Made by a program: the position numbers and the translations under genes. The notes below the pieces were generated by a model. It saw nothing but the letters and a program-made list of their open reading frames with translations. It was not told the DNA's origin and did not search any database. DNA of 63,210 nt, counting the filler. It is 14 parts of 14 records of this genome, joined end to end, with 100 filler letters (N's around TTAATTAATTAA, not from the genome) between each part and the next. Parts side by side here need not be neighbours in the genome. Positions count along the whole stretch, not along the records: positions 48,781 to 51,898 come from SRR9188676_1828; positions 51,999 to 63,210 come from SRR9188676_1841; 12 more parts are not named here. One strand, given 5' to 3'. Numbering within the stretch: position 1 is the first letter of the stretch; each line of letters starts with the position of its first letter. Shown here one piece after another: positions 50,620 to 59,566 of this stretch.

Positions 50620-51602
50620 ATGCTAGAGAGTGAGTGCGAGAGTATGAATCCGACATGTATTTCGAATCAAACCTCGCCGAGTAAGGCTATGGGGAAGGCT
50701 CCTTTGAGCGAAATCCGCGATCACAATATGATGGTCGATTCCCCGTCCATGAAGGTTCCCAAGCCTGTGAGCTTCACGATGAACACATTTATGGCTGATC
50801 ATGATGAGAATTGCGACCCGAATGCGATGGTTCTGGAAACGCCAACCAGGATGAAGGTGCATGCTCATGATGGCGAGATTGAGCAGCTTCGGGCCAAGCT
50901 CCAAGTGCTTGAAAATGAAATGAAGAACCAAATTCGCATTCAAGAAACTTTGAATCAATCCGAACTGGCACGTCATCAGCTCACGGAAGGTATGCATTTT
51001 GATCATCTATGTTTTTTTTGTTTTTTGTTGATCTTTAATCTCTGTTCCTGATTCCTGATTATAGATCTCTTTTCTCTTTAAAACATATATTCTCATCTAT
51101 AAATTGACGCGAATGATATTTTGGATCGAGAACACCAAGAGATCTCGCCGACAGTGAGATAATGCAATTGGAGTGCGTGAACGATGCAAATTAGGAGACA
51201 CAAATCATTTCGTTGTGTGAATCTAAGAAGTTTATTTGCGAAATATAATTGGCCAGTTTCTCTGCTTCATTCGTCAGAATCTGTAGGCTCACATCAGGCT
51301 CGTATGAGATCCAGCGTAAAATATTGAAGTTTTGCCGAATCCTTCGTTGGATGAGTTGCATATTTGCTTATTTTCTCCCTTTCTTTCGACCATGATATGT
51401 ACTTCTTTTTTTTTCTCGCAGAGCTTGGGCGGATCAAAGCGCGGAACACAGAGCTCGAGGCCCTACAGAAGAGCCATGTAGTGAAGGGAGAGGGGGAGAC
51501 ACTCATCAAGGAGTATGAGGCGCAGTTCAGGGAGAACAAGGACAAGCAGGTGAAGTACGAGAAGATGCTCGCTGACTTGGTGGGCCTGGTCAAGTCTGCC
51601 GG
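50620..51602 (+). CDS. Coiled-coil protein, 5' exons (about 50620-50989 and 51423-51602)
   Basis: Heptad-rich EIEQLRAKLQVLENEMK | ELGRIKARNTELEALQK, with a GTATGC donor and GCAG acceptor. Confidence 0.55.
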
Positions 51603-51998
51603 TGTTGGTACGCCCTCTCGTATATACGACACAAAGCCTTATTTTACTGCATCCTCACACGCGTGTCATTGATGATATATGTATAATTGAGCATTAGACC
51701 CTATTTATTCCCCGCCTCCATGTTCATTTCTCATTGAAAGGGTCGACCAGAGGCCAGAGGTCACAGATCCACTTTCTCTACTCCCCATTCCCTGATCGCA
51801 GAGATTTCTGCCTGATTCAAAAGGCATCTTTAACTCAACAATCTTGAAGAGAATCTAATGACTCATGCGCCTCTGATGAAAATACAGATAGGGACTCTNN
51901 NNNNNNNNNNNNNNNNNNNNNNNNNNNNNNNNNNNNNNNNNNTTAATTAATTAANNNNNNNNNNNNNNNNNNNNNNNNNNNNNNNNNNNNNNNNNNNN

Positions 51999-52841
51999 GG
52001 CCCCGGCATCGCCGACGACAAGGGCGGCAACGCCGTCATCCTGCACACGCTCAAGCTGCTGAAAGACTACGGCGTGCGCGACTACGGCACCATCACCGTG
52101 CTGTTCAACACCGACGAAGAAAAAGGCTCCTTCGGTTCGCGCGACCTGATCCAGGAAGAAGCCAAGCTGGCCGACTACGTGCTCTCGTTCGAGCCCACCA
52201 GCGCCGGCGACGAAAAGATGTCGCTCGGCACCTCGGGCATCGCCTACGTGCAGGTCAACATCACCGGCAAGGCCTCGCACGCGGGCGCCGCGCCCGAGCT
52301 GGGCGTGAACGCGCTGGTCGAGGCCTCCGACCTCGTGCTGCGCACCATGAGCATCGACGACAAGTCGAAGAACCTGCGCTTCAACTGGACCATCGCCAAG
52401 GCCGGCAACGTGTCGAACATCATCCCGGCCAGCGCCACGCTGAACGCCGACGTGCGCTACGCACGCAACGAAGACTTCGACGCCGCCATGAAGACCCTCG
52501 AAGAAAAGGCGCAGCAGAAAAAACTGCCCGAGGCCGACGTCAAGGTGCTCGTCACGCGCGGCCGTCCGGCCTTCAACGCGGGCGAGGGCGGCAAGAAGCT
52601 GGTCGACAAGGCCGTGGTCTTCTACAAGGAAGCCGGTGGCACCGTGGGCGTCGAAGAGCGCACCGGCGGCGGCACCGACGCGGCCTACGCGGCGCTCTCG
52701 GGCAAGCCCGTGATCGAAAGCCTGGGCCTGCCCGGCTTCGGCTACCACAGCGACAAGGCCGAGTACGTCGACATCAGCGCCATTCCGCGCCGCCTGTACA
52801 TGGCCGCGCGTCTCATCATGGACCTGGGCGCCGGCAAGTAA
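51999..52841 (+). CDS. cpg2: Carboxypeptidase G2 (glutamate carboxypeptidase, M20), 5' partial
   Basis: GPGIADDKGG, NTDEEKGS, GKASHAG, GGGTDAA and YHSDKAEY...MDLGAGK closely match the glucarpidase sequence as I recall it. This points to Variovorax. Confidence 0.93.
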   Translation, partial: GPGIADDKGGNAVILHTLKLLKDYGVRDYGTITVLFNTDEEKGSFGSRDLIQEEAKLADYVLSFEPTSAGDEKMSLGTSGIAYVQVNITGKASHAGAAPELGVNALVEASDLVLRTMSIDDKSKNLRFNWTIAKAGNVSNIIPASATLNADVRYARNEDFDAAMKTLEEKAQQKKLPEADVKVLVTRGRPAFNAGEGGKKLVDKAVVFYKEAGGTVGVEERTGGGTDAAYAALSGKPVIESLGLPGFGYHSDKAEYVDISAIPRRLYMAARLIMDLGAGK

Positions 52842-52881
52842 GCCTCGCACCCACCGACAAGAAAGAACTGGAGACAACGCC

Positions 52882-54012
52882 ATGCTGCTCAGCGCAGACC
52901 AGGAAGCCATCCGCGACGCCGTGCGCGATTTTGCGCAGGCCGAGCTCTGGCCCAACGCCCCCAAGTGGGACCGCGACCACAGCTTCCCGAAGGAAGTGCA
53001 CCAGGGCCTGGCCGCGCTGGGCGCCTACGGCATCTGCGTGCCCGAGGAGCATGGCGGTGCGGGCCTCGACTACCTCACGCTCGCACTCGTGCTTGAAGAA
53101 ATCGCAGCCGGCGACGGCGGCACCAGCACCGCCATCAGCGTGACCAACTGCCCCGTCAACGCCATCCTCATGCGCTACGGCAACGCGCAGCAGAAGAAGA
53201 AATGGCTCGAGCCGCTGGCCCAGGGCCAGATGCTCGGCGCCTTCTGCCTCACCGAACCGCAGGCCGGCAGCGACGCCTCGAGCCTGCGCACCACCGCGCG
53301 CAAGGACGGCGACGGTTACGTGATCGACGGCGTGAAGCAGTTCATCACCAGCGGCAAGAACGGCCAGGTCGCCATCGTCATCGCTGTGACCGACAAGGGC
53401 GCCGGCAAGCGCGGCATGAGCGCGTTCATCGTGCCCACCGACGCGCCCGGCTACAACGTCGCGCGCTTGGAAGACAAGCTCGGCCAGCACAGCAGCGACA
53501 CCGCGCAGATCAACTTCGACAGCTGCCGCATCCCGGCCGAGAACCTCATCGGCGCCGAAGGCGAGGGCTACAAGATCGCGCTCGGCGCACTCGAGGGCGG
53601 GCGCATCGGCATCGCCGCGCAGAGCGTGGGCATGGCCCGCAGCGCCTTCGACGTGGCCGTGGCCTACGCCAAGGAACGCCAAGCCTTCGGCGGCGCCATC
53701 TTCGACCAGCAGGCCGTGGGCTTTCGCCTGGCCGACTGCGCCACGCAGATCGAAGCCGCACGCCAGCTCATCTGGCACGCCGCCAGCCTGCGCGACGCCG
53801 GCCGGCCTTGCCTGAAAGAAGCCGCCATGGCCAAGCTCTTCGCCAGCGAGATGGCCGAGCGCGTGTGCAGCGCCGCGATCCAGACCCTGGGCGGCTACGG
53901 CTACGTGAACGACTTCCCGCTGGAACGCATCTACCGCGACGTGCGCGTGTGCCAGATCTACGAAGGCACGTCGGACATCCAGAAGCTGCTGATTCAACGC
54001 GCGCTCGCCTGA
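52882..54012 (+). CDS. Acyl-CoA dehydrogenase
   Basis: FCLTEPQAGSD, GRIGIAAQ, GGYGY and QIYEGTSDIQ motifs. Confidence 0.95.
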   Translation: MLLSADQEAIRDAVRDFAQAELWPNAPKWDRDHSFPKEVHQGLAALGAYGICVPEEHGGAGLDYLTLALVLEEIAAGDGGTSTAISVTNCPVNAILMRYGNAQQKKKWLEPLAQGQMLGAFCLTEPQAGSDASSLRTTARKDGDGYVIDGVKQFITSGKNGQVAIVIAVTDKGAGKRGMSAFIVPTDAPGYNVARLEDKLGQHSSDTAQINFDSCRIPAENLIGAEGEGYKIALGALEGGRIGIAAQSVGMARSAFDVAVAYAKERQAFGGAIFDQQAVGFRLADCATQIEAARQLIWHAASLRDAGRPCLKEAAMAKLFASEMAERVCSAAIQTLGGYGYVNDFPLERIYRDVRVCQIYEGTSDIQKLLIQRALA

Positions 54013-54016
54013 CCAC

Positions 54017-54853
54017 GTGAGCCGGCGCCGCGGCCGACCCTGGGGCTCGATCGCCGCGGCACTCGTGCTCGCGGCGCTGGCCGCCTGGAGCGTCGTCATT
54101 GAGCCGCGCTGGGTGGCCGCGCGCGTCGAGCCCTTGGGCTCGGCGCAGTGGCAGCCTCCGGCCGGCCTGAAGGTCGCCGTGGCCAGCGACTGGCACCTCA
54201 GCACGCGCTCGCTGTGGCGGGTGACCAGCGCCGACCGCGCCGCGGCCATCGTCGACCAGATCAACGCGGCGCAACCCGACGTGATCCTGCTGCCGGGCGA
54301 CTTCCTTGCGGGTTCCGGCGACGACGAAGACTTTTCCATCGAAGCCATGGCTGCCGTGCTCGGCCGCCTGAAGGCGCCGCAGGGCGTGTACGCGGTGCTC
54401 GGCAACCACGACTGGTGGCACGACGGCGAACGCACCGCCAAGGCCCTGTCCGCGCAAGGCATTCGCGTGCTGGAGAACGCCTCGGCGCGCCTGCCCGGGC
54501 ACGAACTCTGGGTGGTCGGCATCGGCGACGACTCCACCGGCCATTCGCAGCCCGACAAGGCCCTGGCCGGCGTGCCACCCGGCGCCGCCACGCTGGTCAT
54601 GATGCACGACCCCTTCAGCTTCGCCGGCATGCCGCGTACGCAGGGCCTCGTGGTGGCGGGGCACACGCACGGCGGGCAGATCAGCGTGCCGGGCTACGGC
54701 GCACTGGTGGTGCCTGGGCGCGCGCCGCGTGAATGGGCCTATGGCTGGATCGCGCACAAGGACAACAAGCGGATGTATGTGACCAGTGGGCTTGGAGTGA
54801 GCATCCTGCCGGTGCGCTTCAACATGCGGCCCGAGTGGGTGATGTTTCGGTAG
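54017..54853 (+). CDS. Metallophosphoesterase (YkuE/YaeI-like) with N-terminal TM segment
   Basis: SDWH, GD, GNHD, GHTHGGQ and VTSGLG motifs. Confidence 0.92.
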   Translation: MSRRRGRPWGSIAAALVLAALAAWSVVIEPRWVAARVEPLGSAQWQPPAGLKVAVASDWHLSTRSLWRVTSADRAAAIVDQINAAQPDVILLPGDFLAGSGDDEDFSIEAMAAVLGRLKAPQGVYAVLGNHDWWHDGERTAKALSAQGIRVLENASARLPGHELWVVGIGDDSTGHSQPDKALAGVPPGAATLVMMHDPFSFAGMPRTQGLVVAGHTHGGQISVPGYGALVVPGRAPREWAYGWIAHKDNKRMYVTSGLGVSILPVRFNMRPEWVMFR

Positions 54854-54881
54854 GGTGGTGGTGCGTGGCGGTCGCTGGCGC

Positions 54882-54952
54882 TTGACGGGCGTCGTGGAGG
54901 CCGCGAACATTGCCGTCGCCTTGTGATGTGCAAGGCCGGGTTTAGCAGCCCG
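54882..54952 (+). promoter_or_regulatory. Sigma70-like promoter followed by a two-hairpin leader resembling a c4 antisense a1/b1 target motif
   Basis: TTGACG at 54882 with a weak -10 at about 54905, then hairpins GCCTTG...CAAGGC and CGGG-TTTAGCAG-CCCG upstream of ORF 54985. Confidence 0.45.
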
Positions 54953-54984
54953 ATGACATCCTGCGCAGCAATCCTTGGAGGCCT

Positions 54985-55332
54985 ATGGCCAATGCTTCAA
55001 GCGCAGTCACCGACGCCGGTTGTTCCTGTGCGTCTTCCCGTTCCAACGCCCAGTTCAAACCCTTCGAATGGGTTCAAGGTGAACGGCTCCCTCTTTCACT
55101 GCAAAGCCACGCGGCGTTTCTCAACGAGGCGCGCGATGTGGTGCAGGGTGCGCAGACGTTGGTTCAGTTGCTCGAATGGGATGAGGACCGGCGCGACGCC
55201 GCTTCTTCTGATGCAGACGCCGCGCCGCTTTTCGACGCATGCCAGCGCAGTTCGCTGCAACGGTTTCTTGCGGTCTCGCTGGGGCTTCTGCATGCGCGGA
55301 TTGAAGCGCAGGGCGAGGCGTTGGCCGAGTAG
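54985..55332 (+). CDS. Hypothetical helical protein
   Basis: GGAGG RBS and a 115-aa ORF downstream of the structured leader. Confidence 0.7.
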   Translation: MANASSAVTDAGCSCASSRSNAQFKPFEWVQGERLPLSLQSHAAFLNEARDVVQGAQTLVQLLEWDEDRRDAASSDADAAPLFDACQRSSLQRFLAVSLGLLHARIEAQGEALAE

Positions 55333-55348
55333 CTCGCGCCGCGTGACA

Positions 55349-56263
55349 TCAGTCGGCTGTCTTGCCGCTCGCCACATCTGCGACCTTTGGGGCCAGAGAC
55401 AGCAGCGCAAGCCTCAACCTGGGCTGCGCCGACGCCAAGTCCGAGACAAGGCCTGTGTAGAAGGGATAGATCTTTCCGCTTGGGCCATCGAAGATGATGG
55501 TCTGGCGTCCCAGAAAGGCCTTCGTCTTCGCGTCATACATGGCCATTCCCACGGAGACATTCATGCGGTACTCATTCAGGGGGCCCGGCGCGTTCCAGAA
55601 CGCGATCGGGCTGAGCTGCAGCAGCATTTCCGAATCGGTGGGTTCGGCATCATCCAACGAGCCTGAGCGATAGCGCTCGCCGTCTTCCTTGCTTGCAGGC
55701 CAGAGCAATGTGTTGGTCTTTCTGCTGGCGATGACGGGCTCCATTCCTCGCTGCCGCAGTGCGGGCAGCAAGGCATCCATGAACTCCTGCTGCGGGTTCC
55801 AATCTGGGAAGAGCTTTCGCACTTCGCGGTCGAAGCCCTGTGCCTTTCTTTGCGTGTCGTCCGCACTGGCCTGAATCAATGCGCCCACAAGGCCGGCAGC
55901 CACCAAGGACGAGGCTCCGGCACTTCGGCTCACAGGCGGTGACGCCGTTTGCTGGGCCAGGGTGGACGCAATCGCATCGCCCGCATAGTCGCCGCGCAGG
56001 GTGTAGTCGACATTGGAAAAGAACATGTCCGATCGACTTGAAAAATGGAAGTCGAAGTAGGGCGCCATCACACCGATCAACGCCAGGTTTTTGAGCGGTG
56101 GTGTTTCGATGATGGTGACGGTGCTCTTTCCGCGCACCTTGTCGGCTGCGATCTTGGGATGGACTGCGCATCCCGAGAGGATGAACATCGCGAGCAGGAA
56201 GCACAGGGCAACGCGCAATGAGCTGAAGTTGGCGATGGCTCTCGAAGTGGGAAATGGGGTCAT
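55349..56263 (-). CDS. Putative lipoprotein
   Basis: Signal peptide with lipobox LSGC (MTPFPTSR...CFLLAMFILSG-C). The ORF-track start at 56626 overlaps another gene and is probably too long. Confidence 0.75.
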   Translation of the reverse strand: MTPFPTSRAIANFSSLRVALCFLLAMFILSGCAVHPKIAADKVRGKSTVTIIETPPLKNLALIGVMAPYFDFHFSSRSDMFFSNVDYTLRGDYAGDAIASTLAQQTASPPVSRSAGASSLVAAGLVGALIQASADDTQRKAQGFDREVRKLFPDWNPQQEFMDALLPALRQRGMEPVIASRKTNTLLWPASKEDGERYRSGSLDDAEPTDSEMLLQLSPIAFWNAPGPLNEYRMNVSVGMAMYDAKTKAFLGRQTIIFDGPSGKIYPFYTGLVSDLASAQPRLRLALLSLAPKVADVASGKTAD

Positions 56264-56439
56264 GGGGATGAGGATGGGGTTCAGCGTATCGGTCGCATGG
56301 GCGCGACCTGCGACGCAGGATAGATGCAGCATTGACACCGTGCTCTCAGGCTTTTTACCAAGAGCGGTGTTCTGTGCGACGGGTTCGACGGGCATCCGCA
56401 ACACCGTCATCTTCATGTCCGGCGCGCTCCCATCCCGCG

Positions 56440-56466
56440 CGGCTACAGTCAGCCAGAAGCAGACAT
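56440..56466 (+). repeat. 27-bp cassette-associated site CGGCTACAGTCAGCCAGAAGCAGACAT
   Basis: 23/27 identical to the reverse complement of 58789-58815. It ends 13 nt before ATG 56480. Confidence 0.75.
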
Positions 56467-56479
56467 ATGAGGAAGCAGG

Positions 56480-56854
56480 ATGGTTCAGGTGAAATATCCC
56501 GAGATGCGGAGGCAACTTGAAGTAGTTGTGGAGGGTCTTGCCGATCCCGCATACCAACGCCGGGTTTGGGTCGACGGGCAACCTGAGGACGGCGTGGAGC
56601 ACGACGAATTCGGACTTGCGGTGCATTTCCTGTTCGACGACAGCTCCCTCGCCCAGGAGGCTCTCTCGACAATCGGTTGGATCTTGAAGGACGCCTCAGA
56701 GGCCGAGTCTGTCACTGCGCTGGTACGCACCATCGATGTTGTGCTCAATCGCTACGGAACGAATCTCTCAGACGCCGAGTACATCGAGGTTCCGGAATGG
56801 CGCTTCGTGGTTGTTGCCGCCAAAGCTACGATGGCCGTATTGGCGGGCCGCTAA
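56480..56854 (+). CDS. SCO4402-family / CdiI-like immunity-type protein
   Basis: VKYPEMR...LADPAYQRRVWV...AVHFLFDD...W..VV.AA pattern, with a GAGGA RBS. Confidence 0.75.
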   Translation: MVQVKYPEMRRQLEVVVEGLADPAYQRRVWVDGQPEDGVEHDEFGLAVHFLFDDSSLAQEALSTIGWILKDASEAESVTALVRTIDVVLNRYGTNLSDAEYIEVPEWRFVVVAAKATMAVLAGR

Positions 56855-57043
56855 CCCAGCACGCCTTTCAGATCGCCGCCGCTGAGGTGGCGCTTAACAA
56901 CAGCGGTGCGGTCAGCTAGTTTTTTGGACCAAGCCTGCCCGCTCTTGGCCTGAACGCCGCCATCCGAGCGAGGTTAACTTAGGGCCCGAAGGCGACATTC
57001 GGCCACCGTCCATGACGGACCTTCCTCGCCAGACAATCGACGC

Positions 57044-57367
57044 ATGAATCATTGGAAAGAGGTACTCGCGAAGTTGTCCGACGCCGGGCACTTTCTGGCT
57101 CACTGGCATCTTCATTCCGGTGTGGCGTTCTACATGTACGTGCCTAGGAAGCCGGATAGCGGTTCGGAGACTCTTAAGCCCGATTCCGGCGTGCGCTTCG
57201 AGGAAGTAGCGCGTCTGGAAATCATGCATTCCCTGCGCCTTGGGGGCTTGGAGGCAACGAACGACGTCGACGCGTGCCGACGTGCCGTTGCTTCAATTCG
57301 TGAAGTAGCCTTGCTAGAAATTGAGGGCGGAATTCAGCTGAGCCTGCACGACACCGCAGTCCGCTAG
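57044..57367 (+). CDS. Hypothetical protein
   Basis: 107-aa globular-looking ORF preceded by the repeat site at 56972-57000. Confidence 0.55.
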   Translation: MNHWKEVLAKLSDAGHFLAHWHLHSGVAFYMYVPRKPDSGSETLKPDSGVRFEEVARLEIMHSLRLGGLEATNDVDACRRAVASIREVALLEIEGGIQLSLHDTAVR

Positions 57368-57397
57368 TGGCCCTACCTTGCCTTCCCCACGACTCGC

Positions 57398-57847
57398 TCA
57401 TGTACGGCCAGGGTACCGCCCGCTACGCCAATCCAAATAGCTCCAGCTGTAGTACTCACCCTTATCAAGATGGACGCAAAAATAGGCGCCATCCGCAATC
57501 TCCTGCGCTCCCTGATGAGTGATAAGTTCCGCCACTTCTCGAAGCGTTCGCGTTGCTGCCAACCGGTCAATGAACGCCCTCGCAACAATGCGTGCGCCTG
57601 TTTCGTCCAATCCGAAGCGTTCACACAGGTGGCGCTCTGACGAGCGCAAGCTGCTCTCAATCACCGCTTCAGGCGGTGGTTCATCGAGGAACTCATTCGC
57701 CCATTGCCGAACGATGGCATCACACAGTCGGTCAGCAAGCATCGATGGCGCATGATGCGCAATGACCAAGTCGCCCGATTGCTCGAGCTGCTGCAACTCG
57801 GACAACAGCTTGGCTGAGATGGCGTCGCTGAGTGGTCGTCCTAGCAT
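57398..57847 (-). CDS. Hypothetical protein
   Basis: 149-aa ORF with an AGGA RBS, preceded by the site at 57887-57914. Confidence 0.65.
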   Translation of the reverse strand: MLGRPLSDAISAKLLSELQQLEQSGDLVIAHHAPSMLADRLCDAIVRQWANEFLDEPPPEAVIESSLRSSERHLCERFGLDETGARIVARAFIDRLAATRTLREVAELITHQGAQEIADGAYFCVHLDKGEYYSWSYLDWRSGRYPGRT

Positions 57848-57923
57848 TGTGGATTCCTACGAAAGTGCATGTTGGGCCGTCGCGATGACTGGCCGGTATT
57901 GGCCGCAAGCCGCTAAGGCAACT

Positions 57924-58469
57924 TCACCCAACGATTTCTGGCACCCCATCAACAAATCGAAAGAGGTTTCTTCCCAGGGGCTTTCGCGCTGCTTCACCAG
58001 CTTTTTTGGCGAACAGCTCCACGGCGTCCCTTACTTCAGCAGTGCAATCAACGGCGAAATACGCAACGCTTTCTGGTGCAGGAACCAGTGCCATGACATG
58101 GTCGGTGCCAAGTGATTGGGCAATCCAAGGGAGTAATCCGTTGTGCAGAATGGTCGCGCCAGCGAGCCAATGCTGATCGAAGAATCCGCACTTCCCACCT
58201 AGCGGAAGCTCTGCCACACCGAATTGAAGTCGGCCCCCGTGAATTTCTTTGTCTAGATTGGCCATTGCCATCACCACGGCCTCGGTTTCGCTGCCAGCCC
58301 AAGCCGCGGCTTCGCCTGGAGTGATCGCACGTGTAGCGCTGCCAAGGTCTTCCCAGAGCAATGCAGTCACTCGGGGACCGAGGTCCCAATATTCATATGG
58401 TTTGGACCCGAGCACACCCAGAATGCCTTGTTGGGCCAGGGCTGGAAATACATTGTCTCGTTCGAGCAT
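57924..58469 (-). CDS. Hypothetical protein, DUF1444-like
   Basis: W...A.ANL..., A.TIL, ALVP and KPL...LF resemble the DUF1444 pattern. AAGGA RBS present. Confidence 0.6.
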   Translation of the reverse strand: MLERDNVFPALAQQGILGVLGSKPYEYWDLGPRVTALLWEDLGSATRAITPGEAAAWAGSETEAVVMAMANLDKEIHGGRLQFGVAELPLGGKCGFFDQHWLAGATILHNGLLPWIAQSLGTDHVMALVPAPESVAYFAVDCTAEVRDAVELFAKKAGEAARKPLGRNLFRFVDGVPEIVG

Positions 58470-58546
58470 CTGAGAGATCCTTAGTTGCGAAGCCAGTCAG
58501 ATGTCCGGTTCTGGTGCCAATGAGCGGGCGGCAGCTCTTGGCCGCT

Positions 58547-58759
58547 CTACGACTTCGCGGGCAAGGTTCTTACCTGGCCTTGACGGACAAGAAAGTCCTT
58601 TGCGGCCCGAGCGAGGGAATCGTCTTCGATGATATGTGCCATGAGTTGACCGGCGTCGTTCTCGTAGCACGGTAGCAACCCGTTCATCACAAAGTACCGT
58701 CTCCACGCTACGCCGCCGCTCTGCAAGGCGGCTATGACTTCTTCGTCAGTGTGTTCCAT
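58547..58759 (-). CDS. Small hypothetical protein (70 aa, MEHTDEEV...)
   Basis: Internal ATG of track ORF 58547..59011, bracketed by repeat sites at 58527-58546 and 58789-58815. Confidence 0.6.
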   Translation of the reverse strand: MEHTDEEVIAALQSGGVAWRRYFVMNGLLPCYENDAGQLMAHIIEDDSLARAAKDFLVRQGQVRTLPAKS

Positions 58760-58788
58760 TGCGGTGTTGCGTTTGTGCGGTCGTCCGA

Positions 58789-58815
58789 ATGACCGCTTGT
58801 GGCCGACTGTAGCCG
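58789..58815 (-). repeat. 27-bp cassette-associated site CGGCTACAGTCGGCCACAAGCGGTCAT
   Basis: Inverted near-copy of 56440-56466, lying 29 nt upstream of ATG 58759. Confidence 0.75.
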
Positions 58816-58997
58816 TGCTTAAACCGCGGGTCGAAAAACCAAACTGACTGCGGGACGCACGGTGCCAAGGGCTGAGCCAACGCCACCCCAAGCAAGCTGT
58901 ACTTCCCATTGGCCAAACAGGTTTTGCAGTACGCGAACCTTGTATTAGCGGTGCTTGCTCACGTTGATCCAGCGCTGCGCGGCGGTCATGGCAGCCT

Positions 58998-59528
58998 TCA
59001 GCAAACACCACCGTGCGGGCGGCGAGGCTTCCGGGGACAGACCGTTGGCGCGCAATCGGGCCGCAGGCAATCGTCGTCAGTCGCTTCAGCGAGCAGCTCG
59101 GGTGCGACGTACAAACCGCTTGAGCCTGCCTTTCGCTTCGCCCACGCCACCAGCCGCTTCAACTCTTGGATGTGCTCGGCAGTGTGGTTGAGGCGGAAAC
59201 GGCAGCCACTGTCGTACATCGCTTCGGCCAGCCGCGGGCAGTGCGTGTCGAAATAAGCGCCAGTGTGCTCCTGCAACACGAAATACTCGAAGGTGAAGGT
59301 TGGGTGGCCGCGGTTAGCGTGGTCTGGGCCGAGGATCGGGCCGATGCCGATCCAGTTCAGGCGCCTATCGATGCCGTGGCTGCGCGCCTCAGCACCGATG
59401 CCGCCAATGCCGACCACAACGTCGTAGTTGAATGCACGGACTTGACCCATGCAATCTTGATTGCCGAATACCCCCTCAATGCCCGGATCGTGAGGATGCG
59501 TGCGCTTGTAAACCAAAACCCGTGGCAC
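58998..59528 (-). CDS. Hypothetical protein, remotely Nmad2-like, with a Cys-rich tail
   Basis: YKRTHPHDP...DCMGQVR...VVVGIGG recalls the Nmad2 Y...H..P...C...R...G pattern. GTG start with an AGGAG RBS, 38 bp after the TIR stop. Confidence 0.6.
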   Translation of the reverse strand: MPRVLVYKRTHPHDPGIEGVFGNQDCMGQVRAFNYDVVVGIGGIGAEARSHGIDRRLNWIGIGPILGPDHANRGHPTFTFEYFVLQEHTGAYFDTHCPRLAEAMYDSGCRFRLNHTAEHIQELKRLVAWAKRKAGSSGLYVAPELLAEATDDDCLRPDCAPTVCPRKPRRPHGGVC

Positions 59529-59566
59529 CTGTTGCTCCTAAAACGTGACTCGATAAGTGTTCAGGA

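Noticed and set aside
3509-51998. Regularly recurring TTAATTAATTAA palindromes as a biological repeat or CRISPR array
   Set aside because: They are always centred in exactly 100-nt N spacers, which marks them as an assembly linker.
51951-54910. Long minus-strand ORFs (337, 616 and 380 aa), and likewise 61874..63091
   Set aside because: These are antisense shadows of high-GC genes (cpg2, acyl-CoA dehydrogenase, phosphoesterase, thiC).
56264-56626. N-terminal 120 aa of the 425-aa track ORF 55349..56626
   Set aside because: It overlaps the SCO4402-like gene and the repeat site. The lipoprotein signal indicates a start near 56263.
56848-56979. Classical integron attC after gene 56480 (GCTAAC/GCTTAAC ... 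GTTAACT)
   Set aside because: GTTAACT does not fit GTTRRRY, there is no convincing attC stem, and no intI is present.
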